Of a DNA stretch of 64,000 nucleotides, positions 1 to 11,071 are shown piece after piece. The position numbers and the translations under genes are program-made. Where the stretch lies: contig CM059425.1 of the NCBI GenBank assembly GCA_030390025.1, forward strand, positions 165,108,001 through 165,172,000, read 5' to 3'. The notes below the pieces were generated by a model. It was not told the DNA's origin. It ran no database searches and saw nothing but the letters and a program-made list of their open reading frames with translations. Each line of letters starts with the position of its first letter. Positions within the stretch are counted from its first letter, which is position 1. Source of the stretch: Squalus acanthias (Eukaryota).

Positions 1-70
1 AGTGGCTGGAAGCGAAGCGGCCGCCATTTTTTCTTACAACGGTCAGCACTAAATGCTCCATTTCGTGGCC
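1..70. mobile_element. Right end of a Harbinger-type MITE/deletion derivative (cut by window edge)
   Basis: GGAAGCGAAGCGGCCGCCATTTTTTCTT...ATTTCGTGGCC resembles the end of the element at 2320-2633 (GGAAGCGAGGCTGCTGCCATTTTTTCTT...AATTTCTAGGCC). Confidence 0.55.
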
Positions 71-120
71 TTGTTCCTTTGTTGGGGAAACTCATTCTTT
101 TGTTCCTTTATTGGGGACAG

Positions 121-149
121 AAACATTTCAACTCTAGAGCAAAAGAAAG
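121..149 (+). CDS. Candidate 29-nt micro-exon of unidentified host gene (KHFNSRAKE-R)
   Basis: Pyrimidine-rich upstream and CAG acceptor, AAG|GTACGG donor. Ends in phase 2, matching the phase of exon 1297-1411. Weak. Confidence 0.3.
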
Positions 150-303
150 GTACGGTGAAGGAATGACTGAGCAACATCAGGAGGTGGAAGTAGTTATTTC
201 CTTTTTTCGTCCTGGCAGCTATTTCGGGAAAGAAGCATTTTTATGGGGGTTTCATTTATCCCTCGGAATGGCAGTCTGAAATCGGTTTGAAGTTTTTGTG
301 GTG

Positions 304-412
304 TCTGAATGTCTTATACTGTTACAGACACATTAACGTATTTTCTCTTTTCAGATCCTGATGGAGCTTATGTGTATTTCTAGTACTTTCTCTTTTTGTT
401 GTCATATTTCTA
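304..412 (+). mobile_element. Degenerate Penelope-like element (PLE) tail fragment
   Basis: Loose similarity to the better-preserved tails at 24541-24640 and 31860-31951 (ACATTAAC...TTTCTC...CAGAT...GTATTTC.AG.A.TTTCT.TTTT). Confidence 0.4.
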
Positions 413-415
413 TGC

Positions 416-845
416 AAAGAAAGAAGTTGCATTTATTTATTGCTTTTCATGTGCTCAGGACGCCCCAGTGCACTTTATAGACAGTTGTGTACTGTTCTAA
501 CGTAGGGAAATATGGCAGCCAGTTTGCGCACAGCGAACTCCCACAAATAGCAATGAGATAAATGACCAGATAATGTCTGTTATAATGATTTTGGTTGAGG
601 CATAAATGTTGACCAGAAAACTCCTTTGCTTTTGCCATGTGATCTTTTACATTCAATCTGAGAGGATAAACGGGACCTCAGTTTAACATCTCATCTGAAA
701 GAGAGCATCTCTGATAGTTCAGCACTCCCTCAGTACTTCACTGAAGTGTCAACCTAGACAATGTACTCAAGTTTCTGGAGTGGGGCTTGAACCCATGGAT
801 TTCTGACTCTGGTGAGAGAGCTACCACTGAGCCAAGGCTGACACT
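416..845 (-). mobile_element. tRNA-derived SINE with Deu-domain-like body and L2-type tail (SacSINE1/DeuSINE-like)
   Basis: Minus strand starts GTGTCAGCCTTGGCTCAGTGGTAGC (A box) ... GGTTCAAGCCCC (B box). Body homologous to the copy at 60786-61168. Tail ATAAATGCAACTTCTT resembles L2 ends. Confidence 0.8.
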
Positions 846-1296
846 TGCATTTAGCATTTATAGCATTTATAATTTTTATAAGTATTAACATGTTTAACTT
901 TTTATCTGCAGTGATAACCAACAGATTTCCTAATTATTATTCAGTTAATTTACACTAAAAACACAATAAAATGTACAGCTACCTTCAGAAATGGATGACT
1001 GGCTGGAAATTAACATTGTTTTGCTTACTTTAGTGTAGACCTTTTGTATTTGGCTGACTTCTTAAAGTGGGATTTTGTAATATAAATTAACAGGATCATA
1101 AATAACTACTTATTTTCTCCTAGTGATTAGAAGAATTAGTAAATATAAATTTTTTATACACTGTATGGGTGAATATTATCTCATGCTGTCGAAGCAATGT
1201 CCCATTGAGCAGTGATTGTAAAATTTTGGCATGATGCATTGGGCTGTAGAAATGTTCTCCAACAATTAGATACATTTTTATAACACCTCTCCACAG

Positions 1297-1411
1297 ATCC
1301 TTATTACGGTTTGAAAGTCCCACATCTGAAGTACCAGTTTCACGAGCCGAACTGATGCAGCTTATTGAAATGTGTCAAGCACTTCAAAAAAGACTGCAAA
1401 AATGTCAAACA
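1297..1411 (+). CDS. Internal coding exon of unidentified host gene (SLLRFESPTSEVPVSRAELMQLIEMCQALQKRLQKCQT)
   Basis: CCTCTCCACAG acceptor and ACA|GTAAGA donor. 115 nt with only one open frame, helical-looking peptide, non-repeat context. Ends in phase 0. Confidence 0.65.
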
Positions 1412-2319
1412 GTAAGATGAAAGCCAAACAAAAGCTGAAGTGTTCTTCATTTCTTATTTGATCACACGAGTAGCAGCTGAAAGAATGCTTGTTTCACTAA
1501 AACAGTATTCTCAAATTTAGGATACTTTGAAGATCATGTTTTAATATTATATCAGTTGTATGAGTAGGTATGCACCTGAACTGTGTACTGTGATTGGTCA
1601 TAATGACTTCCTTATTTAATTTCCTGTGGATGTTACATTTGATCGTGTAATGGTCTAAATATCATTGTAAATTGATTACAAGTAAAGAATGCACAATGGA
1701 TAGCAAAACGAATACCAACATTATCGCACATATGAGAAAGCCTTTGTAGCATCGTGACCAAGAGGATGCTGTGAAGGTCAGTAACAGAGGGAAGGTAAGG
1801 TGTGGGACTATTATTGAATGGGGAATTGGGGTTGCGTTCACTGGCATAGATGTCGTTAAACCGTTGCATGAGAAATCAATTGAAATACATTTTTAAAAAG
1901 TGAAACATGAACCTCTTGGTCACGAGTTTACTGGTGTAAACCGTGCAGAAGAGTTCAATTAAATTTTTAACAACAACAGACTTTTGAAGAATTCTTGGTG
2001 AGAATATGGTGTTAAATTTTCCTTAATTCTTGGCCTTTAAAAACAGACTTCAAAACTTTGCATATTATTTTATCAGTTCCTAAACTAGAAAACACAATTT
2101 ATAAAATTTAATGAAATGCAGCTTTGATTTTTTTCCTGAGATTCTTACAACTGTGGTACAGTATAGTTTATTTTAAAAGTATTTACCACTTGTAATGTTT
2201 GACCGACCGGGAGGAGATTTAATGCATCTCATTGGAAGCAGTTTTCACTCCAGTTACATAGTCTGAGCTCTCCATAGTTACCATTTATCTCAGCAGCTTT
2301 TTACTGCACGGTTTATAGC

Positions 2320-2633
2320 TCACCGCCGCTTTTTCCTGGCTCTACGTACTGCCAACGGCTGCATGCACGGACGTGCTTTGGAAAGAGCGGTAAGAGGAGT
2401 GGTGACATCCAAAATCGATAAGCGTACGTCAATTCGGCATTGCATGGTGATTGACGTCACGCTTCTAGTAATTAAAACACTAGAGGCGAGCGCAGGCAAT
2501 AGCAGCGCTGCCGACCTGCCCAATATGGCGGCCATCGCGTTCCACGCTGGACGTGGGCGGAAGCGAGGCTGCTGCCATTTTTTCTTCAAAACCGGCCTCA
2601 ACGGCCGGTGTTAAAGCATCGAATTTCTAGGCC
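2320..2633. mobile_element. Harbinger-type MITE right arm fragment
   Basis: GC/CpG-rich island ending GAATTTCTAGGCC, the reverse complement of the GGCCTAGAAATT termini at 9164 and 51609. Confidence 0.65.
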
Positions 2634-3477
2634 AGTATATTTACATGAATTTTTGCTATTCTTGAAATGTCAAAACAACAAAGATGTTTTTTCTCCTGTG
2701 CTGACCCTCAACCTTAAACTAACCATGGGAGCATTGTCATTAATTTCTTACATGGCTATTTGGTACCACAGAATCTTCTGACTAGGCTTATGCCCCTGGC
2801 TTCAGACTGACTGATGAACTTCAGAAGCTGCTGGCTGTGAACTTGCCCGTCTAATAGATTACAAAGCATCATGGTCCTGTCCCTCTCACAGAAGTGATTC
2901 ATACTTTCACCCCAGATTGGGCTGTCAATCAAACCTATTATTTTAAAAAGATCCCCAGGTTGTCAGTCACATGGGATGTTTAAATTAAATGGCTTAACCC
3001 CTTTCTGAGAAATCCATTGATCTGTTCCAACCACATTGATCAACCTGTGATTATAGGAAATACACATATGTTCAGAGAGCTCTCGGGGACACTCCTGGAC
3101 AGAATGGTATTAATAGCTCTGGCACTCAACAGGCATTAGCATATTTAACTATCATTTGTTCCACAGGATTAACCTATGGACACATATTAATATCTTTGAT
3201 ATAATAAACCATAATACATATTCTTTGCAGCTTACATAAATAAATAGCAAGCACTATCCAATTTTAAACCTGCGTGTGCTGTGATCAACAATAAAAAAAT
3301 CCAATAACTGATTCTTGATAGATAAAAATGCTTAATTTTTGTCACTGGCCTATTCAGAAAAGGAGGATGGATAAGCCGGGCAGTTATTGGCCAACTAATT
3401 TTACTTAAGTTGACAGTAAACCTCTGGAGGCCATGATAGGGGATGAAATTAGTAAACACTCAAAGAAGTGGGGTGGG

Positions 3478-5205
3478 GGAGGGGAATTTTCATTTTGGGT
3501 GTACATCAATTGCCTCGGTAGAAGGTCCGATCAATTTCTGTGGTCAGGCCTCATTAACATTGTATAGGTGAGCTGTCTGTGTAAATTGTGCTCCTTGTAG
3601 GCTGCTTGCCAATTGGGAGGGCAGAAATCTGGTGGGGCATGTGCTACTTAAAGGCAGCTTGCAGCCCCCTAAAGAGGAGGTGCATTTTTCAATGGTGGTT
3701 AGTGGAGAGCGAGTTATTAAAGCAGGAGGCATTATGATATTGTCCAGAGCCCCACGATTGTCCGATGCATCTGTGCAGGTGCTTGTAACGCGAGTGAGCA
3801 ACAGGAGGAGGTCCTGTCAACTCCAGTGGGTGATAGGTTCCACTCGTAAAATTAGTCAACATTAATGGAAACAGGTGACTAAGCAAGTAAATGCTGCCAG
3901 CATTGTTCCAGGAACCTGGATGCAGTACAGGAAGAAATTCAATGACCTTACCCGAACTGCCAAGTTCAGACTCCCTTTCACATCTCTCTTACTCTCTGTA
4001 CAGCACTGAACCGCCCTACTTTAGCCCCAAAACTATTCATCTTTGCCTCCCCACTTCCCCTGCCTCTCGTTCAATTGTAATGGGACAATTCACGATACCT
4101 CCTTATGCTGGATTCACACACTCAACACCAGCTACTGCCCTCACTACTATCCCTTTTACCAACACTTGCTGCAGCTTCCTCTCATACACATAATGCTACT
4201 TTGCCTCACACATCTTCAAAACTCTTCAACAGGGCACACATTACTCCACTGCTACTGTTCTTACAGGAAAAGCTGGGACACAACAGATGGGAGAGTACAA
4301 CAACAGGATGAGGTCCTGCTACACTGTAAACTCCAATGGAAAATACAGTCATTGGCAACACTGCCAGAGAGAGGGCACGCAGCATTGGAGATGGCCAAGC
4401 TGGAGGCATGCACAGCTGGGTGTTTGGGCAATTGCCCTTCCTTTTTCTACTTAACACACACACACTCTTCGCATGACAACCAGGTGCAATATTGCGCTGC
4501 CATTAATCTGCTACTGCTTACCCTTGCAATTACGTTCTAACCCTTGTCTCTCTATCCTTCCTCTAGATCCTTCAGACAATTTGCGTGCTGCAAGCAATGA
4601 CGGGGGGAACCCTCCCGAAGAGGCACCATCACACGCTCTAACCCTTTCATGCACCAACACAAAAACTCACATCCCACTGGGTACAGATAGTGAGTTAGTG
4701 GGGTCTGCGCTGAGTGATTCACTGAGCACAAGTAAGGAGGAGCAGGTACAGGTGGAAAGGACAGCCCAGGAAGTGCCGCTACGGTGGGCAAGCTCACATC
4801 TTAGCTTAGCTGAAAGGGACAGAGATTCCGGCTTTAGAAGCCCTGCCATTAAAAGAAAGATGCTTTCTATGAACTAGCAATTGCTGAATGTATTGTACTG
4901 CCTGTCGGGAAGCTTCCACATGTTGAAGAGTGTGGAGCAGTCCATTATCAACTTGTGGGGTTTGTGAACATGGCATTGATACTCTGCAGTCAGCCATGGG
5001 GTATGTGGCTACCTCCATGGAAACTACAGCTGGGCCTTGCTTGTAGATGTCTGTGGCACCAGTAGTAGCGTCTCTGAGGGACGCTCATACTGGGTCCATA
5101 CAGGCTATGGACTCCATCATCTCCTCTGCCTTGGACAGGCAGGGAGACCGAATGGTTAGGGATTTCAATTGCATCACGGATATCCTAAAGTCTGCTCTTC
5201 CTCAG
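3478..5205 (+). mobile_element. Decayed PIF/Harbinger element, Myb/SANT-like (trihelix) gene part
   Basis: TIR-like GGGGAATTTTC start. Translation gives APRLSDASVQVLV...WKQVTKQVNAASIVPGTWMQYRKKFNDL, then after TTACAG acceptor EKLGHNRWESTTTG, typical of Harbinger Myb-like proteins. Stops and frameshifts present. Confidence 0.7.
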
Positions 5206-7085
5206 ATCATGGAATAAAAGGGACAGGGGCAGCATGGATACGAAATTGGCTAAGTGACAGGAAACAGAGAGTAGTGGTGAACGGTGAACGGTTGTTTTTC
5301 AGACTGGAAGAAGGTATACACTGGTGTTCCCCAGGGGTCGGTATTAGGACCACTGCTTTTCTTGATATATATTAATGACATAGGGGGTGAAATTGGGTGT
5401 CTTTGTGCCTCCCGTAACGGGGAGCAAATGGCTTTGCGACTGGGTGCGGTGCTGACATCAACTCCCGCCATATTCGCGGGGAGTTTTGTGGCACCGCTAC
5501 AGTGTTGCGCCCCGATCTCCTTTGCCCGGAGATCGTGACGTCATCGCCGTGCGCATCGCCCCGGTAGCGCCCCGACCCAAAATTGATTTCCGCCCCCTGC
5601 AGCAGCGCCGGTCGAAAACACCGACAGCTGCAGGAGGCGTGCATCGGGCGGCCGGCCGCTTCGGGGGCGATGATTAAAGGCGAGGTGGCTGAGGTAAGTG
5701 GGGAAAAAGAACTTACCTTTCCTGTTCTAGTTTTTTTCGCAGGTTCCTGCCTGCGATCTATCAGCTTGGCACTCTGCTTGAGTGTCGGGCTGATCGCGCG
5801 GGATTCCGGCTGCCTTGGTGGTCTAGGTAGGTACTTTTTAAATTGCAGAGCCTGCAGCGATGGCCCTTCCCTTTAAGGGAGGGAAGGAGCCTTTGAACGC
5901 GGCAGCGCTGCACGGCCCAGTGTGCAGCACTACTGAAGTCTCCGCCCCACTCTCCGACGTTAGTGCCCTAAGAAGGAAGTGGAGTGCTTGATTTCATGCT
6001 CCACTTTCCTCTTGGGGCGCTAAAACTCAATTTCGCGGTTGCTGGTGCTAATTACCGCTGGGCGCTAAAGTTAGTGCCCAGGCGATGTTAGTGCCCCAAA
6101 ATGGTCGATACCGAATTTTCCCCCCCTAGACTTGGGAGTACAGGGCACGATTTCAAAATTTGTGGATGACACAAAACTTGGAAATATAGTGAACAGTGAG
6201 GAGGATAGGGATAGACCAAGAAGACATAGACAGGCTGGTGGAATGGGCGGACACATGGCAGATGAAGTTTAACGCAGAAAAGTGCAAAATGATATATTTT
6301 GGTCGGAAGAACAAGACGAGGCAATATAAACGAAAGGGTACAATTCTAAAGCAGATGTAGGAACAGAGAGACCTGGGGATATATGTGCACAAATCGTTGA
6401 AGGTGGCAGGGCAGGTTGAGAAAGCGGTTAAAAAAGCATACGGGATCCTGGGCTTCATAAATAGAGGCATAGAGTACAAAAGCAAGGAAGTTATGATGAA
6501 CCTTTATAAAAAAACTGGTTTGGCCACAACTGGAGTATTGTGTCCGATTCTGGGCACCATACTTTAGGAAGGATGTGAAGGCTTTAGAGAGGGTGCAGAA
6601 AAGATTTACAAGAATGGTTCCAGGGATGAGGGACTTCAGTTACGTGGATAGACTGGAGAAGCTGGGGTTATTCTCCTTAGAGCAGAGAAGATGGAGAGGA
6701 GATTTGATAGAGGTGTTCAAAATCATGAGGGGTCTAGACAGAGTAGGTAGAGAGAAACTGTTCCCATTGGCGGAAGGGTTAAGAACCAGAGGACACAGAT
6801 TTAAGGTGATTGGCAGAAGATCCAAAAGTGACATGAGGAAAAACTTTTTTACTCAGCGAGTCTTTATGATCTGGAATGCACTGCCTGAAAGGGTGGTGGA
6901 GGCAGACTCAATCATGGCTTTCAAAAGGGAGTTGGATAAGTACCTGAAGGAAAAAAAATTGCAGGCCTACGGGGAAAGGGCGGGGGAGTGGGACTAGCTG
7001 AAGTGCTCTTGCAGAGAGCCAGCACGGGCTCAACGGGCCGAATGGCCTTCTACTGTGCTGTAATGATTCTATGATTCTATGATTC
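5206..7085 (+). mobile_element. 5'-truncated CR1 LINE (RT C-terminal half and 3' UTR), interrupted by a MITE
   Basis: [39 protein letters not shown]...FFTQRV..WNALP; (ATGATTCT)n tail at ~7063-7085. Confidence 0.95.
5383..6125. mobile_element. Harbinger-type MITE, family B
   Basis: TIRs GGGGGTGAAATT / AATTTTCCCCCC; 3-bp TSD ATA/CTA (one mismatch). Splits the CR1 codons YIND|LDLG. Homologous to 49573-50127 in inverted orientation. Confidence 0.9.
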
Positions 7086-7259
7086 AGTGCTAATCTGCAC
7101 CTTAATAATGGGAGCAGTAGTGCAATGGGAATGGAACATGTTGGCACATCTGGACCCTAGTGACCCTCTTAATGCCCAAAATTCCAAGGTTCCTTCTCCA
7201 CCAGAAGTGCGGTGGACAAGACTTCCAGCCACTGAACTGAAAATGGCATTAATCCAATC

Positions 7260-8116
7260 CCAAATTTCGAGGACAGGGTCATTTCAATATTCAGGGCAGG
7301 AGATTCATGCCTCTAAAGGTACTACGCATGGAAAATTAGAGCGGCACCCTACAATTGGAGAAGATTGGGTGTTGGTTGGAGTGGGGGGTTGGTCGGAGTG
7401 CAGCAACAAGGTGGGAGGGAGCGATCCTGGGGGGGAGATATTGAGTGGGGGAACAGATCGCTGGGGGGGGGGGGAGATATTGAGTGGGGGAACAGATCGC
7501 GGGGGGGGAGATATTGAGTGGGGGAACAGATCGCGGGGGGGAGATATTGAGTGGGGGAACAGATCGCGGGGGGGGAGATATTGAGTGGGGGAACGGATCG
7601 CGGGGGGGGAGATATTGAGTGGGGGAACAGATCGCGGGGGGGGGAGATATTGAGTGGGGGAACAGATCGCGGGGGGGAGATATTGAGTGGGGGAACAGAT
7701 CGCGGGGGGGGGAATATTGAGTGGGGGAACAGATCGCGGGGGGCTGTCAGCAGATTGCGGGGAGGGAGGCAGATCACGGCAGCAGGTTTGCTTGAGTGGC
7801 TGGAGGAAGCACTCCTGCTCCTCCTGGCCTACAAGCCGTGCTGGAAAAGTACTTACCTGCTGGGTCTGGCCGCTTCCGCCTCCCTTCAGCTGCCGGGTTT
7901 CCCGAGCCCTGGGAAACCCGATCTGCAGATGTTAAATTTAAAGGGCTCCCAAAATCTGATGAACGATGTCTCATTTAAATATTATAATTACTGACCTACC
8001 TCTCCAGAGCAAGTTACTCGGCCAACCCTAAATCCGCCACGGTTAAATCGGAAGTAGGCGCTTTGAAATCCCCCATACCCTCTCCCGCCCGTCGTGGGTG
8101 GGTTAGAATTACCCCC
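7260..8116. mobile_element. Harbinger-type MITE arm containing the minisatellite (left boundary uncertain)
   Basis: Ends GGTTAGAATTACCCCC (GGGGG.AATT-type TIR) followed by AAT-GT. Internal ACTTACCTG motif as in the other MITEs. Confidence 0.6.
7429..7743 (+). repeat. G-rich minisatellite, ~9 copies of G(7-12)AGATATTGAGTGGGGGAACAGATCGC
   Basis: Direct count of near-identical ~33-nt units differing mainly in G-run length. Confidence 0.95.
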
Positions 8117-9135
8117 AATGTTTCAGATTGGTTTTGAATTTACTCCCTCTCAAGCGCAGGCTGTGTCCTCTGGTTTTACTGTATTGGACAAAGTGAAACA
8201 GATTGTCATGGTCTACATTATATAGTCCCTTTAGAATCCTAAAATCAGCAATCGGATCACCTCTCAACCTGCTATTTACCAGTGAGAATATGTCTAATTT
8301 ACATAATCGCTCCTCATAACCCAATCCCTCCATCCCTCCAATTATTCTGGTTGCCCTCTTCTGTATCCTTTCAATACCTGCAATATCCTTTTTGTACTGC
8401 GGTGTCCAGAACTGTATACAGTATTCTAAGTGTGGTTTATTGTCAATCAGGTCCCACAGATCTTTCATTTTCCATATATGTTATTTTCTTTCAATTTAAC
8501 TTAGTCCCATCCTAGAATTACTGTTCCCGTGTGAAGCACTATGCATTTCTCTGTATTGAATTTCATCTGCCATCTGTCTGCTCAACTTCAAAGTATATTC
8601 AAATCCTTCTGTAGCTTATCCTGTTTGGCTTTATAGTCTACCACCTTCATTAGCTTTGTATCACATGCAAATTTATCCACTATGCTTGTAACTCCTAACT
8701 CCAGATCATTTCTGAAAATATTAAACAAAAAATGTCTGAAAACAGACTCCTGTAGGACCCCACTGGTAATGTTCTCCCAGGCTGATGACAATCCCTGTAA
8801 CATCACCCTCTGAGTTCTATTGGTCAACCAATGACATACCCATTATAAAATATTTCCACTGATTCCTGCTTTCTTTATTTTCAGTTCCAGTCTTTACAGA
8901 GAAACTGTATCAACGGCCTTACTGAAATGCACCATATCCACTGCCATACACCATCCTTTGTTACACTTTCAAAGAAAATCAGTAAATTAGATTGGTAAGA
9001 CCTCCCCTTCATTAATTCATATTGGCTACCTTTTATGATTTCATTTCTATCCAGATGCTCCACGGTCTTATTTTTAATAAAGGTTTCCATAACTTTACCC
9101 ACAATTGACATCAAATTCACTGGTCTGTACTTTCT
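8117..9135 (-). mobile_element. Old, degenerate CR1 LINE RT fragment
   Basis: YRPVNLMSIVGK, SGVLQESV, KFACDTKL, PHLEYCIQFWTP, ERIQKRATR on the minus strand. Confidence 0.9.
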
Positions 9136-9163
9136 TGTGAGTTTTAAAACTATTAAGTACTGT

Positions 9164-10955
9164 GGCCTAGAAATTCGATGAGGCCCGCAAGTGGGTGGTG
9201 CCACCGTAGGGCGAGACTTGCTCACGCCAATAAAAAGATCGCAAGCAGCGTCGTTATTTTGGTGCTGCCTGCTGATTTGAATGATTTCAGCGCACAGCCG
9301 AGCGACCAACGCGTTGCTTCAGGCTGTGCGCTCAGCAGGAGGCCCAATGTAGCGTGGCCGTAGCGTCCCTGGAGCGAGGCTGCCTTTTCTTAAAGCAACG
9401 CTTTCATTTTAGAAAGCAATCTCGAGCACTTAAAGGGGATTTGACTTCTGAAAGAAAGAAAGACTTGCATTAATATAACGCCTTTCAAGACCACCGGATG
9501 TCCCAAAGCGCTTTACAGAGGTACGTTTTGAAGTGTAGTCACTGTTGTAATGTAGGGAAAAAAATTAAAATAATTCAAAAACAGGCAGTCTCTAACCCTT
9601 AGAGCTGAACTGCCTTCTGAAAAAAAAACATTAAAAATCATTCCAAACTAGGCAGTCTTCAGCTCTTAAAGCTCAACTGCCTTCTGCACATAAAAAATGG
9701 TAAAAGTGCTTCAGCACTAACACAAATGGCTCAACAGGCCCAGGAAAGGGTACCCAGGGTCTCGCACACAGCACTTCAGCTTTGTGCAGGGGGTCAAAAG
9801 CGGAAGTGAAGTCCTCTACCCATAGGGGACCATGAGGCCCTCCAGAAAGAAGGATGTGGGACCAGATCGCCGAGACTATCACTACCAATAGAGTTCACCC
9901 CAAGACCTGGCTCCAGTGCCCAAAGAAATTTCATGACCTCAGACCAGTGGTAAAGGTCAGTGAATGCACCTTCAAAAGCCGTCTCCTACCAACTGCACCC
10001 CTAGCCTCACACTCTGCTCAATGCACGATCCCTCCAACCCCCCCACCATCTCTCACCTACCAACAATCTCTACCAAACACGAGGCACACTATACATTCCT
10101 AGCTTCACCTCAGCCCCTTGGAGGAGACAATGCTGGCCATTAATGGCAGGGGCAATGCTGAGCCCGTGGCCAGCGGCGGGGCTGAAAGAATACAAGACCC
10201 TTATACGTTATCCTCCTTTTCACATCCCACTTCCCCCTCATCCCACAATATCTTATGATTTACAAGTTGCACATGGTGGGTGTAAGCATACACCTCTTGC
10301 TTTAGCCCCCTCTCCCCTCACCACAACCCTACCCTTGTGCCTTCCTCCTTTCAACCACCCAAGAAATCCAGCCTGCCCAGCCAATGGCTGACCATGAAGA
10401 GGGAGAAGAGAGTGAAGAAGAAGCAACACCGTCACTCGATTTGGCACTCCCAGCCACCAGCTCCTCAAGGTCGTCCTACAGCGCCATCTGCAGTGCCACC
10501 AGCCATGCTGCAGCCACTGGGATAGGCAAAGGCACACGCAAGACAGTCACTTTGGGAATGCACAAGGGTGATTAGTTGATTTCTTGATGTCATATTGGAT
10601 GCATAGATGGATAAAGTTGGATTAGAAAGTTTGCTTTGTGGTGGCTTTTATTTCAGCATTGTGGCCAAGACAGTCAGTAACAGATGGAAGGTGAGTGGGA
10701 CAAATGTTGAAAGGGGAATTGGGGTTGTGTTCACTGGTACCACAGGCGGATGATTTGATTCCGGATATCCCGGCCAGAAACGGGCAGTCAGGGTTGCATC
10801 CTTCCTTCCGCTTCCTCCTCTTCTGTGTCTTCCTTTTCAGCTTCTTCCTCTTCTGCTTTCTGCTTCTTCCTCTTCCCTCTGTGAACAGCTTGTCCCTTTT
10901 GCTGCCTCTACTTCATCTCCATGTGCCCTGCAGGACTGTGAGCAAGTGGTCTTCT
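9164..10955 (+). mobile_element. Internally deleted Harbinger: Myb/SANT gene on +, 3' end of transposase on - (convergent)
   Basis: Starts GGCCTAGAAATT. MWDQIAETITTNRVHPKTWLQCPKKFHDL (trihelix Myb). Acidic C-terminal tail on minus at ~10735-10950 like that at 54900-55080. Contains a SINE 3' fragment at ~9452-9560. Confidence 0.8.
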
Positions 10956-10959
10956 CAGA

Positions 10960-11071
10960 GGCAAAATACTGCGGATGCTGGAAATCTGAAATAAGAATAG
11001 AAAATGCTGGAAATACTCAGCAGGTCAGGCAATATCTCGACCTGAAACGTTAACTCTGTTTCTCTCCACAA
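10960..11071. mobile_element. PLE tail fragments in inverted arrangement
   Basis: 10960-11036 is the reverse complement of the tail seen at 24590-24640 and 31900-31951, extended by a further tail segment also seen at 28635-28700. 11038-11071 (CGACCTGAAACGTTAACTCTG) is the + orientation 3' half of the hammerhead motif. Confidence 0.8.

Noticed and set aside
18..32. GCCGCCATTTT YY1-like motif suggesting a host promoter or first exon
   Set aside because: It lies in a transposon end; a similar motif occurs in the MITE fragment at ~2570.
7349..7994. Repetitive ORFs and a CRISPR-like appearance of the array
   Set aside because: Units are head-to-tail with no unique spacers, there are no cas genes and the context is vertebrate; the ORFs are by-products of the minisatellite.
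11038..11060. Additional hammerhead ribozymes at 11038 and 31858
   Set aside because: Both lack the CUGANGA core and the 5' strand of stem I, so they are only partial motifs.
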